DNA of 64,000 nt from Eledone cirrhosa (GCA_964016885.1 OZ024753.1:19654001-19718000), one strand, 5' to 3'; counted from the first letter of the stretch, positions 47,401-63,467 are shown. Program-made: numbers and translations. Notes: generated from the letters alone by a model not told the origin.

Positions 47401-47616
47401 GATGTTATCTTATTACATTACAATAGTTTATAAGTATATAAATATACATACAACCAGTTGTAATGTAATTAGATAAAATCTTCTTACAACCATAAATCTT
47501 CATATAATCTAATTGATTATATATACAATATATGTATATATATATATGAATATATATATATATGTATATATATGTATATATATATAAATATATATATACA
47601 TATATATTCGTGTATA

Positions 47617-47697
<81 letters not shown>

Positions 47698-47700
47698 TGT

Positions 47701-47791
<91 letters not shown>

Positions 47792-47833
47792 GTAAATATA
47801 CACGGGTGTGTATGATTGTGTATAGAAGATTAT

Positions 47834-48027
47834 ATTAATAAGAGGAATTCCAACTTTGTCTGATTTACTCGTTTTATTTACAATCCTTTAAAATATATAA
47901 TGGTATTATAATGAAATAGTATGATAGAATATTAAATTCTATCATACTATTTCATTATAATACCATTATATATTTTAAAGGATTGTAAATAAAACGAGTA
48001 AATCAGACAAAGTTGGAATTCCTCTTA

Positions 48028-48032
<5 letters not shown>
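47834..48032. repeat. Near-perfect ~200-bp palindrome
   Basis: TTAATAAGAGGAATTCCAAC...TAGAAT / ATTCTA...GTTGGAATTCCTCTTATTAA; right end runs into (TA)n. Confidence 0.9.
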
Positions 48033-48116
<84 letters not shown>

Positions 48117-48156
48117 AATTATATATATATACATATATATAATTATATATATATAC

Positions 48157-48211
<55 letters not shown>

Positions 48212-48220
48212 TATATATAT

Positions 48221-48301
<81 letters not shown>

Positions 48302-48303
<2 letters not shown>

Positions 48304-49750
48304 TAGTATACTACAGAGCCGTTATAGTTATAGGAATAACCAAAGAGTGCGCTTAGAAATACATTGTTTATTAGCTAACAGTGTTTTATCCACACACCAT
48401 GGCAGGAATCATCAGAGCCTATAAACACGAGTATATCGGTGGTTGCATGCTCCATCCAGCTGCGTCACCAGAACAAGGTTAAATGACCAGCAGGGAGTTC
48501 CCGAGGCCAGCTATATATGGAAAAAGACAGAATACATGATGCACATAATGTCATAAAATATCTTAAAAATTAAAAATTGCACCAAAAATGTATCACTTAA
48601 ATGGTGCAATAGATGATAAAGAGGTTGGGAGAGGGTAGCAAGGGATGAGTGAGGGTATTACTCATCATGATCAGAAACAATAAGAATATAATAAAAAAAA
48701 TAATACAAAAAGTACAAAAACACAGGGATAAGAACAGCGATAAATTAAAAAATACAAAACAATAAAGGAACGAAAAGCCCGGAACCCCCCCCCCCCCAAA
48801 AAAAAAATATATATATATATATAAGACAAAGCAAAGCATAGATGCATCAAAGCACACAGTGCAAAAAGAGGGTGCACAGGCAGATCAAGAGAGTTTGCAA
48901 GCATGAGTCTGTGAAAAGAATAGTTGGTTAGCAGTGGTGCAGCTTTACATGTATGATAGTCCATATGAGGGATGGTATACTCCAATTATATCGGTATAGG
49001 TTTTGGAAAGATAGTCTTATCTCATTTAACGTTCGTAACTGGAACATATCGATGTGGTTCGTAGGGTGTGGAGATAAGGAGAATCGATCTGTTACAAGGC
49101 GATATAATTGGAGTACACCATCCCTCATATGGACTATCATACATGTAAAGCTGCAGCACTGCTAACCAACTATTCTTTTCACAGACTCATGCTTGCAAAC
49201 TCTCTTGATCTGCCTGCACAGCCTCTTTTTGCACTGCTTGTCCTTTGATGCATCTATGCTTTGTTTGTCTTATATTTTGGGGGCGTTTCTGGGCTTTTCG
49301 TTCCTTTGTTGTTTTGTATTTTTATATTTATCTCTTTTCTTATCCCTGTATTTTTGTACTTTTTTATTATTATTTTATTATTTTATTATTGTTTCTGATC
49401 ATGCTGAGTAATACCCTCACTCATCCCTTGCTACCCTCTCCCAACCTCTTTATTATCTATTGCACCATTTCAGTGATACATTTTTGGTGTAATTTTTAAT
49501 TTATAAATGTTAAGACATTTTATGACATTATGTGCCTTATGTATTCTATCTTTTTCCATATAGCGCTGGCCTCGGGACCACCCTGCTGGCCCCTTAACCT
49601 TGTTCTGGTGACACAGCTCGATGGAGCATGCAGCCACTGATATACTCATGTTTATAGGCTCTGATGGTTCCTGCCATGATGTACGGATGAAACACTGTTA
49701 GCTAATAAAACAATGTATTTCTAAGCACTCTTTGGTTATTCCTATAACTA
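48302..49750. mobile_element. Family J large fold-back (~660-bp diverged arms) with mutated hammerheads at 48373-48419 (-) and 49657-49703 (+)
   Basis: Arms give duplicated ORFs on opposite strands; consensus ggct-CTGATGA-tcc/gga-GAAA-c-act-g-TT-agct. Confidence 0.85.
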
Positions 49751-49760
49751 TATATATATA

Positions 49761-50128
49761 TTTCGTTTCTGAATTTGTTTAGCAAGATTCTTTATCTGAA
49801 ATCGTGTGTTGGAACCGATATTGTTATACTTTGGGAGGGTCATGTTGCCAATAAGAAACACACGCACCAGTTGGTTTCACTTCAATTTATTATATATTTA
49901 TAAATTTATAAATTTACAAATCTACAAACTTATAAATTTCTGGTTGGTTGGTCGGTTCCACAACCAGATAGTTGTTTATATATAGTCATAGTCCTTTCGT
50001 CACCAACCAACCAGAAATTTATAAGTTTGTAGATTTGTAAATTTATAAATTTATAAATATATAATAAATTGAAGTGAAAGCAACTGGTGCGTGTGTTTCT
50101 TATTGGCAACATGACCCTCCCAAAGTAT

Positions 50129-50134
<6 letters not shown>
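49761..50134. mobile_element. Family B fold-back, truncated inside the hammerhead
   Basis: Long tail on left, short end on right; junction at about 50003. Confidence 0.85.
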
Positions 50135-50197
<63 letters not shown>

Positions 50198-50198
<1 letters not shown>

Positions 50199-50672
50199 CG
50201 GTGTGTAGTCGGACCTTCGTAAATAACTGAAAATCCGCTTCTTCATTGCTGTAGTGCAGTCTGCGCTACTGTACAAGTCTGAGACTTGGACACTGACCAA
50301 GAAACTCACTCAGATAGTCGATGGGTGCTACACGAGAATTCTGAGGATGGCTCTGAACATTAATCAGTATACACTGAGGATGAAAAACTCAGAGCTGTAT
50401 GGTAGCGTCCCAAAAGTCAGCTCAAAAGTGACACAGAGGTGACTGAGATTAGCTGGACATGCTCACCGACATCCAGAGTTGACATTACACTCAGTGCTCC
50501 TACATGGGAGCTCCTACATGGACACACCGGAAGTGGAAGACCAAGATTAACGTATTTTGATGCCCTAAGGACAGACACTGATCTGTTGGAGACGCGGGAC
50601 ATGGTAGCGACAATGAGAGACAGAGAACGCTGGAGAGAACTCGTCCTTGGATCTCGGGAATTTTACCCGCCC
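50198..50672 (+). mobile_element. RTE-clade LINE 3' fragment in (TA)n; shorter copy at 54806-54896
   Basis: LLYKSETWTL...RILR...LRLAGH...GRPRLTY...DRERWR, typical RTE C-terminus. Confidence 0.8.
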
Positions 50673-50694
50673 TACATATATATATATATATATA

Positions 50695-50868
50695 TAACGG
50701 AGGAGTAGTGGTAAGGAACCAGATGGACAAATACTTAGTGTAGTAGAGAGGGTAATAGGAGAAAGTATGACCCCGACGGCAGAGCTCAAACCGTTTCGAA
50801 GGCTATTTCTGGACTAAAATAGCCGTCGAAACGGCTTAAGCTCTGCCGTCGAAGTCATACTTTCTCTA
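50695..50868. mobile_element. Family A fold-back
   Basis: Long arm left (small deletion), short arm right. Confidence 0.85.
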
Positions 50869-50933
50869 TTGTATATAAATATATATACATATGTATATAT
50901 ATATATATAAATATATATACACACATATATATA

Positions 50934-51041
<108 letters not shown>

Positions 51042-51054
51042 AATATATATACAT

Positions 51055-51962
51055 ATTGTTATGCTTTGGGAGGGTCATGTTGCCAATAAGAAACACATGC
51101 ACCAGCTGCTTTCACTCCAATTTATTATAAATTAGATTTATAAATTTAAGAATTTATAAATTTCCGGTTGGCTGGTTGGTTCCACAACAGGTCGATTGTT
51201 CATATATTGTCAAAGTTCTTTCGTCACACAATGTGTGACCTCTTCAGTGACTGGAGATTCTCTTCTTTGTTTGTGTGCCTCTCCTTTGTTCTGTCCTATG
51301 CCATCTTGTTTTTGGCTGTGTTGTGTGCTTAGTTTGCGCAGGTGTTACATCCGGGTGTCTGTGTGTGTTTATATTTGTATATCTATTTGTTTATTTACAT
51401 GTAACTGGTTGGTTGTTTGTTCTATGTGTGTGTGTGTTTTCATTTTGTACTTAATTGTAAGTTGTGATGTTGCTATTGCATTCATGTTTTCTATTTAATT
51501 TTGGTTGGAGTTCATTTATGTTTATTGCCTTTGTGATGTGTCTAAACATTGCGTCTTTTCTATGTGTAGATTCTATTTGTATTTCTATGTTCTCTAATTT
51601 ACCCTTATGTTCTATTTTAGCATGTTGTTGGAGTACAGATGATTATTTTATATCTTGAAGGTCTCGCCAGAGTTCATTTATCCGTTCCCTGACACTACGA
51701 GCTGTCTCACCTATGTACACTATATTCTTATCTCTACATTGTCCTTCAGTACATCTTATGCTATATACTACATTTCTAGTTTTACAGTTAATATGGGGGC
51801 TTAATTTACAGATTATACATTTCTTATCTATACAGAGAGGTCTTTGAAAAGGGTCTTTGCGTGTGTTTCTTCTTGGCAACAGGACCCTCCTAAAGCATAA
51901 CAATATCGGTTTCAACACACGTTTTCAGATAAAGAACCTTGCTAAACAAATTCAGAAACGAA
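51055..51962 (-). mobile_element. Family B PLE: GIY-YIG fragment, 3' UTR with hammerhead (51208-51252), inverted long-tail arm 51858-51962
   Basis: ORF 51643-51918 CIICK...NVVYSIRC...YIGETARSVRERINE; physically links family B termini to a PLE endonuclease. Confidence 0.9.
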
Positions 51963-52038
51963 ATATATATAAATATATATACATATATATATACATTTAT
52001 ATATATATATATATATAAATGTATATGTATATATATAA

Positions 52039-52069
<31 letters not shown>

Positions 52070-52135
52070 AATGTATATATGTATAAGTATATATACACAC
52101 ACATATATATATATATATAAATGTTATATATATAA

Positions 52136-52186
<51 letters not shown>

Positions 52187-52207
52187 TGTATATATATATA
52201 TATATAA

Positions 52208-52244
<37 letters not shown>

Positions 52245-52276
52245 CAAACATATATATATATATAAATATATAAACG

Positions 52277-52332
<56 letters not shown>

Positions 52333-52337
52333 TACCG

Positions 52338-52370
<33 letters not shown>

Positions 52371-52381
52371 TGTATATATAA

Positions 52382-52456
<75 letters not shown>

Positions 52457-52513
52457 TATTTATATATATATATATATATGTATATATAAAGATATATGTG
52501 TATGAATATATAT
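51963..52513. repeat. Degenerate (TA)n tract
   Basis: About 550 bp of interrupted TA dinucleotides. Confidence 0.95.
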
Positions 52514-53050
52514 ATAGTGTATTATGCAATACATGTATGCTTAATTAAAAGCATTTTGAAGACCTTACATTATTGTTTTAGAGTAGTGACAGACTCACTT
52601 ACATTTAATTTTCAGCAACCAGGGGAGATAAAGCTGACATAGCTGCGTTTCTTACTGATTGGTACTTATCAAAGCAACATGTTTGTTGAAAATCATGAAT
52701 GTTTGATTCTTATAGAATGTTATGTAATAATCAGGAACTGATTATACAGAGCGATTGCCGGTCAGGCAGAAATTGAAATTTAGAATTGGAGCTCTGATAT
52801 AGCGATATATATATGAATGTATATATAGTGTATTTTGCAATCATAAGTACCAATCAGTACGAAACACAGCGCTGTCAGCTTTATCTCCCCTGTTTGCTGA
52901 AAATTGAAAGTAAGTGAGACTGTCACTACTCTAAAACGATAGCGCAAAATCTTCGAAATGCTTTTAATTAAACATACAGTGTATTGCAAAATACACTATA
53001 TATACATTCATATATATATATATATCGCTATTTCAGAGCGCCAATCCTAA
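52514..53050. mobile_element. Family M element with combined tandem and inverted termini
   Basis: 52514-52670 inverted to 52842-52997; 52780-52841 inverted to 52983-53050; hammerhead-like scaffold at 52633-52675. Confidence 0.75.
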
Positions 53051-54320
<1,270 letters not shown>

Positions 54321-54642
54321 ATATATATATATATATATATATATTCTAAGATCGTTAATTTGCATTGATATTTTGAATTGTGCATTAGTGCAAAAAGGAA
54401 ACCGTTGTATGTGATGCAGCTAACACTAATGGAAAGAGGAAATATCTTTTAATCTAGCGATGATTCGTTTGAGGTGAATTGTTGTCCTTCTATTAGATAT
54501 CAGCCAATCCTCTCTAGTTGCTTTAAAGAGATATACTTAGAATGCAAACGACCACTTAAAACTAGAAACAACGAGAATTGTCCTATTCGATCACTCGCGC
54601 ACACACTTTCTTCCTCGTATGTTGTATTTGTATTTGCATTTA

Positions 54643-54798
<156 letters not shown>

Positions 54799-55000
54799 CA
54801 TATAACTGTTGGAGACGCAGGGCATGGCAGTGATAATGAGGGACAGAGATCGTCGGAGAGAACTCGTCCATGGATCTGGGGAATTTTACCCGCCTTAGAT
54901 AGATAGATATATAATATATATATATATATATATTTAATATAGAAAATACTTCTACAGGACTAGAAATATTTCATTCGGGATAAATCATCAGGGCCTCTGA

Positions 55001-55056
55001 GCCTCCTGATGATTTCTCACAAATGAAACAGTTCTAGTCCTGTAGAATGTAGAAGC
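55001..55056 (+). ncRNA. Type I hammerhead with long stem III in family K fold-back (about 54932-55145)
   Basis: gcctc-CTGATGA-ttt/aaa-t-GAAA-ca(g)ttcta-gtcctg-tagaatg-TA-gaagc. Confidence 0.55.
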
Positions 55057-55262
55057 CTTTTCTAAATTAAATATATATATACTCTGCTTTGTATTGAGCA
55101 CCTTACCTATTGTGGGTACCCACGATTGAACCCGGGATAAAATTATATATATAGATATAATTTAGCGAGAATCGCATTTCGGCGGGTAGAAATTAGCGAA
55201 ACGCAACTTCATTAATGTGCAGACAAGCGCTCCATGCATATGAAGAGGATAGCAGAGTTATA

Positions 55263-55361
<99 letters not shown>

Positions 55362-55380
55362 GTATATATACATATATATA

Positions 55381-55783
55381 TTGAAAGAGTTAAGAATGAC
55401 ATGGTCAAATGTACAAAAAAGTGTTATATTTACAGTATTAACAATTGTTTCACTGATTAAATTGTCTAAAGTTTGCTGAACACTTGAAGCTGTGCCACTC
55501 AATTTTAAATACGCTGTTAGCTTAACCAGATCTTCAGAAAAGGAAACAATTGTTAATACAGTAAATAAAACCTTTTTTTTTTGTACTGTTGACCATGTTA
55601 TTCTTCACTCTTTCAATATTATTACTACAAGATAAACTTACATAGGAATTCAAGAGAACTCACAAACTCGCCAACTACGAAAAACTCTTGTTGAATCAAA
55701 CAAGGCCGTACGCTAAAACAATCCACAATACGAAGTATTCACAACCTCTAGCTGGATTACCTATAACGATATTTTGTTATCCC
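55381..55783. mobile_element. Family L fold-back with extended-stem-II hammerhead (55436-55541, minus)
   Basis: CTGAAGA-t-ctggttaa...ttaatcag-t-GAAA-c-AATT-g-TT; arms 55381-55451 and 55543-55617; long tail to about 55783. Confidence 0.7.
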
Positions 55784-55804
55784 TTATATATATATATAAA
55801 TAAA

Positions 55805-55845
<41 letters not shown>

Positions 55846-56087
55846 ATATATATATCAACGGACAAAATCAAATGAAATTTCATTCCTCACTCTTAGTACG
55901 GCTCTTAAATATAAATATGTATACGTACATACATATATGTATACAGTGTAGAACAAAAGAGCAACGATGTTTGCTAAACACTGTACGTCTTAATTCGAGA
56001 TGTTTGTTTACAAACCCACCGAGCATTATTTTCCGTTTATATGCATAAGGAAGGTATATACTTTCTATCATCTGGCAGGATAGTATA

Positions 56088-56128
56088 CGGTGCTGACCAT
56101 AGCTAATAAGCTTGAAACTAGTACATCG
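56088..56128 (+). ncRNA. Hammerhead scaffold with G8C change between ~70-bp direct repeats (55959-56028, 56152-56223)
   Basis: cggtg-CTGACCA-t-agct-aata-agct-t-GAAA-CTAG-TA-catcg. Confidence 0.55.
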
Positions 56129-56344
56129 TTCCTTTGTCAGTGTTGAACAGAAGAGCAACGATGGTTGCTAAACGCTGTACGGCTTAATTCGGGATGTTTG
56201 TTTACAAACACACCGAGCATTATAATGAATGTTCAGTAAATCCATACGTACGGATATATATATATATGTGTGCATGTATGTATATATATATATATACATA
56301 CTACTGTACGTCTGGATACATATATGCATGTACGTATACATACT

Positions 56345-56450
<106 letters not shown>

Positions 56451-56669
56451 AATATATATCGAAGCATATACTATATCTTATAATTAAATATGTATATAAA
56501 TAGAAACTCATGCATACACGCGTGTATTCAAATAACATATATTGATATGTATGTATGTGTACATCAGTATATGTGTATATATGTGCGTATAATTGTTTGT
56601 GTTATATGTTATGGTGATATTTGTAGCTGTAATACATATATGTATGTAACCGTATGGCTATCACAGCCT

Positions 56670-56921
56670 GGCAAACAAGGTACACAACACACAACACAAA
56701 AATAAGATGGTGTAGGGCAGAACAAATGAGAGACACACAAAATAGAAAAATCTAGTCACTGAGCAGGTCACAAAATGTGTGACAAAAGAGCATTCACAAT
56801 ATATAAACAATCTTCCGGTTATCGAACCAACGAACCGGAAACTTATAATAACTTGAAGTGAAAAGTGAAAACCAACAAATGCATGTGTTTTTTATTGGCA
56901 GCATGACCTTCCCAAATATAT

Positions 56922-56925
<4 letters not shown>
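56670..56925 (+). mobile_element. Diverged family B terminus with mutated hammerhead core
   Basis: agtca-CTGAGCA-ggtcac...gtgac-AAAA; ends CCCAAATATATCAAT then (AT)n. Confidence 0.7.
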
Positions 56926-56996
<71 letters not shown>

Positions 56997-57000
<4 letters not shown>

Positions 57001-57187
57001 ACAAAGTATGACGCCGACGGCAGAGCTCAAGCCGTTTCGACGGCTATTTCAGTCCAGAAACAGCTGTCGAAACGGCTTGAGCTCTGCCGTCGGGGTCATA
57101 CTTTTTCCTATTATCCACTCTACTACCCTAAGTAATGAGTATTCTGGTGTATTATGGTCCATCTGGTTCCTTACCACATTTCCTTCG

Positions 57188-57190
<3 letters not shown>
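56997..57190. mobile_element. Family A fold-back
   Basis: Junction TTC|AGTCCAGAA; long tail right. Confidence 0.85.
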
Positions 57191-57248
<58 letters not shown>

Positions 57249-57403
57249 TATATGCATGTGTATATATATATATAATATTTAATATATCCATACATATATA
57301 CATATAGAGAGAGAGGGAGGGGAGACGGATGTAGAAAGAGAGAATGAAAGAAAGAGAGAGTGAATGAGAGAGATACGTACATATCGTAAGAAGTGTTTAT
57401 TAT

Positions 57404-57587
57404 GATTGGCAGTATCGGTAGAGGGTCGGACGCCATGCTTTCCAGCATAGTTACGTCCCTTTACGATCTGAGTTCAAATCTCGCCGAGGTTGACTTTGCC
57501 TTTCATCCTTACGGGGTCGATAAAATAAAGTACCAGTAATGCACTGGGTAATTGCTAGCCTTGTGCCTAAACTAGAAACAATTATTT
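57404..57587 (+). mobile_element. tRNA-derived SINE (best-preserved copy)
   Basis: TGGCAGTATCGG A-box-like, GAGTTCAAATC B-box; at least eight relatives in the window. Confidence 0.88.
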
Positions 57588-58489
57588 CAAAACTAAGTTT
57601 TGTTTCTCCTTCACACACATCCTCTGCACATATCCTGCTATATCTTACCGGATGTAGTTACAAAGCAATCCGGAAACTATACACCGCACGCTACATACAT
57701 GACACAACAGCGGTAGAAAATAGACAAATGTAAATTAATAAAAAAGAAATGAATCGTTATTCTGAACCTTATACACATTACACTCAGAGGTACAACACCT
57801 TAGCAATATAGAGCAGACGATCTCTTATTACGGAACAGCTGAACATCTCATATGATTGAAATGGAACACTAATTAGCTTGATTAATATTTGATCAACGAA
57901 CAAATTAAAATAGTTCATACAGCGAGTGGAACCATAGAAAAAAAAATTGAAACAGTTAAAAAAAGCATTAAATAGTTAAATAATCGAATTAGAAACCTCC
58001 CGAAGAAGAATGAAATTGTGGATATTAATTCAAATTATAATTTGAATATTATATATATATTCTTCTTTATTTTATTCTTCAACCGTAACTACAATTAAAT
58101 TTGTCAGCTGAAATAATTTTGCTGAATCGTTATAGCTTTTAGAATATCATTGTGACTTGTGGAATCTATAAATAGCTAAAGCATGATATGTTACATGAAA
58201 CTTTTCCACCCTGGGAAATAGAAAGTAACGTTCCTCGTATTTATAAACATTAGCTATATCAATCACAAAAGCATTGTATTTCAAATATGTAATACTTAAG
58301 GAGTAGATTTGTTTGTTCTTTAATGTGTTCCTTGTCCTGTAGATTTTGCTTAATTTCTGTCAGTTTAATTTCATAGTTTTATTTGGAAGGCAAATTATCA
58401 GATTACACTGAACTTGCCTTGTTCGGCTTCTCTATCTCATTTTTTTCCAATTCAACACCGCACCCCGTTCAATCTATCTTATTCCTCAT

Positions 58490-58680
58490 CCTTAACGGGA
58501 TCTTCTGAAACTCAGAAGATGCCGTGAAGTGTGAAAGCAGCGATTTTTGCTTAAACTTTAATCTGTTATTTTAATAAATATTTGCTCTATGGTTCTTATA
58601 TATTTGATATATATTTATCCTTATCGAGTCATCTTTGGATTTTAGTCTACACATTACTATTATTATTATTATTATTACTA
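58490..58680. mobile_element. Family E fold-back with long tail
   Basis: Shows short end and tail contiguous: CTGTTATTTTAA|TAAATATTTGCTC. Confidence 0.8.
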
Positions 58681-59465
58681 TATATATACCAGGTTAACGA
58701 GACTAGCATGGGTTTCACTGCTAGTAACGGTTGTATCTCAGCATACTCAATAGTTAATATTAAGTAAATTGTCAGAGTAGATACTTAGTTATTCGCTTTA
58801 ACACAACACACGTACATGGGTACCTTCAATCTATAACCGTACTCGAGTTCCGGCCCCACCTACTGCAGCAATCTACTGTGTGCATTTATTAAACAACAAT
58901 GCACAAACGGCGCGTGTGGCTACATCAGCGGGTTTCGCTTAATTAATAATCAATCTAGCGACATAATTCGATTCCAGTTAGTGCTGGGTATGACAGAATG
59001 TGATGGCCATCACAGGAAAACATTAGCAACTGAAATTCTTACGCGTCATCACAATGCCATCAGTCGATTGGCCATTCATTCAGAAATTTACGTTGTGGCA
59101 GCAGACGAAAATTCAAATAGTTCCACCCCTGCCATAAGCTCTCGGCCGACGTGTCTCAAAAACAAATTAACAAGCGAGTGAAAAGCGGTTTTAAAATGTC
59201 AGTCTCCAATCGCTGTACGATAGAATAGTAACATTCGCTTCTAGTTTCTAAGTCCCATGGCGAGAAATAGTGCGACAGTAACAATGGTAGTGCCTACAAC
59301 CTTTCCGGACATTAAATGCCAACCAGAGATTAGACAGCGATATAGAGTTAGCGCACTGGTTAGAGTTCTAATTGTAGATATTTTGACCAACCACGTGCGT
59401 AACCGGTCAATTTCACAACTTGCATGATTTAATAGGTGGGTGACAGAGAAATATATAATATATAA

Positions 59466-59536
<71 letters not shown>

Positions 59537-59581
59537 GGTGTGTGTGTGTGTATGTATATATACATATATATATGTATATAC

Positions 59582-59630
<49 letters not shown>

Positions 59631-59637
59631 TATGATC

Positions 59638-59919
59638 AATATTAGATAAATGGAAAACTATATTTATAAAACCATATTTATTTCATTATATATATTTCGG
59701 GGATATCATATTAACAATATGCTATGCCTTCATCAGACAAAATACAATATAAACAGTTTTATAGATAAATAGATTCGACATACCGTTATAACACCGACTT
59801 CATTTGAAGAGGTTTAAGCTGGCATATTTGTAAATATACTCCAAATATTTGTCGAGTGCTTTTATATCAGTTATAAATATTTACTAGTTGTAACCCAACA
59901 ATTTTAAATATAACTTTCC
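59638..59919. mobile_element. Family C fold-back with intact hammerhead motif (59679-59744, minus)
   Basis: CTGATGA...GAAA-tatatata-atgaaata; plus-strand long tail 59830-59919. Confidence 0.85.
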
Positions 59920-59970
59920 ATGTATACATATATATGTATATATATGTATATGTATATACATATATAAATG

Positions 59971-60002
<32 letters not shown>

Positions 60003-60085
60003 CATATATAAATGTATATATATATGTATATATATACATATATAAATGTAAATATATATATATATACACATTTATATATATATAT

Positions 60086-60136
<51 letters not shown>

Positions 60137-60653
60137 TACAAATGGAAGTTTACTAAAATCGAAGATTTGGCTGTGGCGAAGCCACAATTAGGAATGTGCA
60201 GCAAAGCATTCGAAAAGGTTGTGTCACCTCAGAGTAATAGCATACGTTAGACAGCTTGACAAATTGAAAACTGCGACCGGTGACCCAGCCACATGAAAGC
60301 AAATCAACGAAAAAACCAAGTCAGGTATTGACTAACAAAGAGCGAGAAGGGGAGGAAGCGTCTAAATAAAAAGTCATTTCTACTAAACGAGAAGGGACAG
60401 TGATATATGATGTCCCTGAATTAATATTTCGTTCTCCAGAAATATTGAACTTAAATGTGACGTGTGTCTTGTATAATATTAATTCTGCCGTCTTCTTTGT
60501 ATATGTGAACCCTTATCTCATGGGGGAGTGGTGTGGGCGCCATATTGACATACAACGTTTCTGAAGAACGCTTATTTCTTCCAGAGAAGTATAGAGAGTG
60601 AGAGAAAGGAAGATATAGAGAAGGAGTATTGACCACAGCACTAGACCTTAAAT

Positions 60654-61035
60654 CAGGGTTTCCCAACCTTTTTTCAGCCAGCGCCCCCTTTGGGCGCAAA
60701 CTGTTTTGTCAACGAAAGTCAAATTAAATTTCCAATAACATACTGAATTTATAAAACTTACCACGATATCTGGTGTATGGCCGCACTTCAAATGGGTACA
60801 AAACCTAAAGCAAATGACTGTGTGTGTGTGTGTGGGGGGCTTTAATCACCAAGGGTCACTTTAAGCTCAAAATAAAAAAGTTTTTTTTTAATTTTTGAAT
60901 ATTTGAAAGAAAAACTGGATAAATGCCCACCTGAGTATATTCCCCACCCACCAAATGGAATAAAAACTCCCAGTGCCCCATTTCAACTCAACAGCTTCCA
61001 CAACTGCACGCTAGCACCCACGTTGGGAAACACTG
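60654..61035. mobile_element. hAT (Charlie-like) non-autonomous DNA transposon
   Basis: TIRs CAGGGTTTCCCAAC / GTTGGGAAACACTG; 8-bp TSD CCTTAAAT / CTTTAAAT (7/8). Confidence 0.8.
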
Positions 61036-62027
61036 CTTTAAATGGATGATAGGCAACGTTGTCCTCAGCGAGATTTAAACTCACTGAGCAGAGACTTGGA
61101 ACAAATATTGTACAGCATTCTACCGACGTTCTAATAGTTCTGTTAATGTACCACCTAAGCTCACTAGTTTAGGGTATATCGTATTATTCATGTCAATTGT
61201 TGTTCAGTTAGAGATGTTTATCCAAACCATTAACATTATATTGGATTTAGAGAATTATCGAATCAGACATTAGCAAGAAGCTAAGCTATATAATTACTAA
61301 TATGGTCAATTTTATGAGATTCAACTGCACAGCAATAATCGTTTAAATCACATATTGAAATTATTTCTTTTTTCTTCAAATGTTATTTTAAACATTGATT
61401 ACCTCCTATTTATGTTTATTTTTGCTTGCTTTTGTTTTTGTTAAAATCGAAAACATGTTTTAAGCAATCTTTTAAAAATCATTTCGAGTGGAATGTGAAT
61501 AAATTGAAAATATTGCGAATTGACAGGAAATAAAATAGCTACAAGGTGAGATAACAAAGACAGGAAAAGAGAGCGAGAAAGGATGTGATAAAGCACGACT
61601 AATATAAATAAATTCTTATGTAAAGTATTAAGTATATTTTAGTCAGAAGACATCGTTTAGTTTTAAGGTTTCTCTAATCTTATTCAATCTATAATAATAA
61701 ATATATTGTGTTGCTTCTCTTTGAAGTGGATAATATTTCTTCGATTAACAATTTTACATTTATTTAAATATATGTTGTTTCAAAGAATATATAATTACTG
61801 ATGTAAATATCCCAGAAGTTGCAAAGTCTAGGAGTGACTTAATGTTATAAAGTTGACAAAGTTTGAGGAATAAATCTTGTTACTCAACATTACGTCTGCT
61901 CAGTCTAATTGTCCTAGACCTTGTAGTTTCTGATATATATGTATATATATATACCCTGTATATATAAATAAAGGGTATTAAATTATAATTTCTTTTGTGT
62001 TGTGAGTCGAAATTCTTTAATTAATTT

Positions 62028-62276
<249 letters not shown>

Positions 62277-62371
62277 CTCTTTTAACCCTTTACCTGTACC
62301 TGTTCCAGCCATCCGGCTGAGACATCTACATATATATATATATGTATATGTGGGTGGGTGTGTGTGTGTTT

Positions 62372-62411
<40 letters not shown>

Positions 62412-62473
62412 AGATGTAAATATCCCTGAAACTACCACTATATATTTTGAATTAGTGATATAATGTTGATATA

Positions 62474-62819
62474 AGTTTGAAAGGTACGACAATGGTGGTT
62501 TGGACGGGGAATAATTAAATGTTAAAAAATAGGGGTTGTCTTTTTACATTAATTTATTAATGTTTCACGATATTTCGAGTATAATATCTCTTCTTCTGAG
62601 TAAAATAAAGAAACTAATCCAGTGTCCGATGTGGCTAGCTATACCGTTCTGACCAGCATGATATAGCAAGCCACTTCTGACACTGGAATACTTTCTTTAT
62701 TTATCTCAGAAGAGGAGATGTTAATCTCGAATTATCAGGACATATCAATAAACCAAGCCCAGCTTCTTAAGATTTAATTATTCTCCGTCCAAACCCACAT
62801 TGTCGTGGCTTTCAAACTT
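62474..62819. mobile_element. Old, diverged fold-back element
   Basis: Imperfect inverted arms centred near 62650; CAGAAGA-gagat../..ctc-GAA(A/T) scaffold in both arms. Confidence 0.65.
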
Positions 62820-62873
62820 CGAATTATTTATACCATATACAATGCTTCAAGTAAACTACAAATTCCGACTTTA

Positions 62874-62932
<59 letters not shown>

Positions 62933-62933
62933 C

Positions 62934-63058
62934 ACGATATTAATAAATGGAAACTATATTTATAAAACCATATTTATTTCATTATACACATTTCAAGGAT
63001 ACCATGTTAAATTATGGTATGCCTTCATCAGACAAAATACAATATATACCAGTTTTAT
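62934..63058 (-). mobile_element. Family C terminus with hammerhead motif 62975-63039
   Basis: Matches 5135-5260. Confidence 0.8.
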
Positions 63059-63075
63059 ATATATATAAATATATA

Positions 63076-63467
63076 TAACGAGGGAATTGTGGTAAGGAGC
63101 TAGGTGGACCATAACGCACCAGAGTACTCAATACTTAGGGTAGTAGAGTTGGTGATAGGAAAAGGTATGACCCCGACGGTAGAGCTAAAGCCGTTTCAGT
63201 CCTGAAATGGCCGTCGAAACGGCTTGAGCTCTGCCGTCGGGGTAATACATTTTCATATATATATATATATATATATAGGAACAAGTAAGACCCCGACGGC
63301 TGAGCTCAAGCCGTTTCGACGGCTAATTCAGTCCAGAATTAGCCCTCGAAACGGCTTGAGCTCAGCCGTCGGTGTCTTACTTGTTCCTATTACCCACTCT
63401 ACTACCCTAAGTATTGAGTACTTTGGTGCGTTATGGTCCACCTGGTTCCTTACCACATTTCCTTCGT

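Noticed and set aside
57404-57500. tRNA gene
   Set aside because: A/B boxes are present but there is no cloverleaf, and it continues into a multi-copy SINE body.
58688-59452. GC-richer block between TA tracts as a gene or transposon
   Set aside because: No recognisable domain, TIR or second copy in the window; left unassigned.
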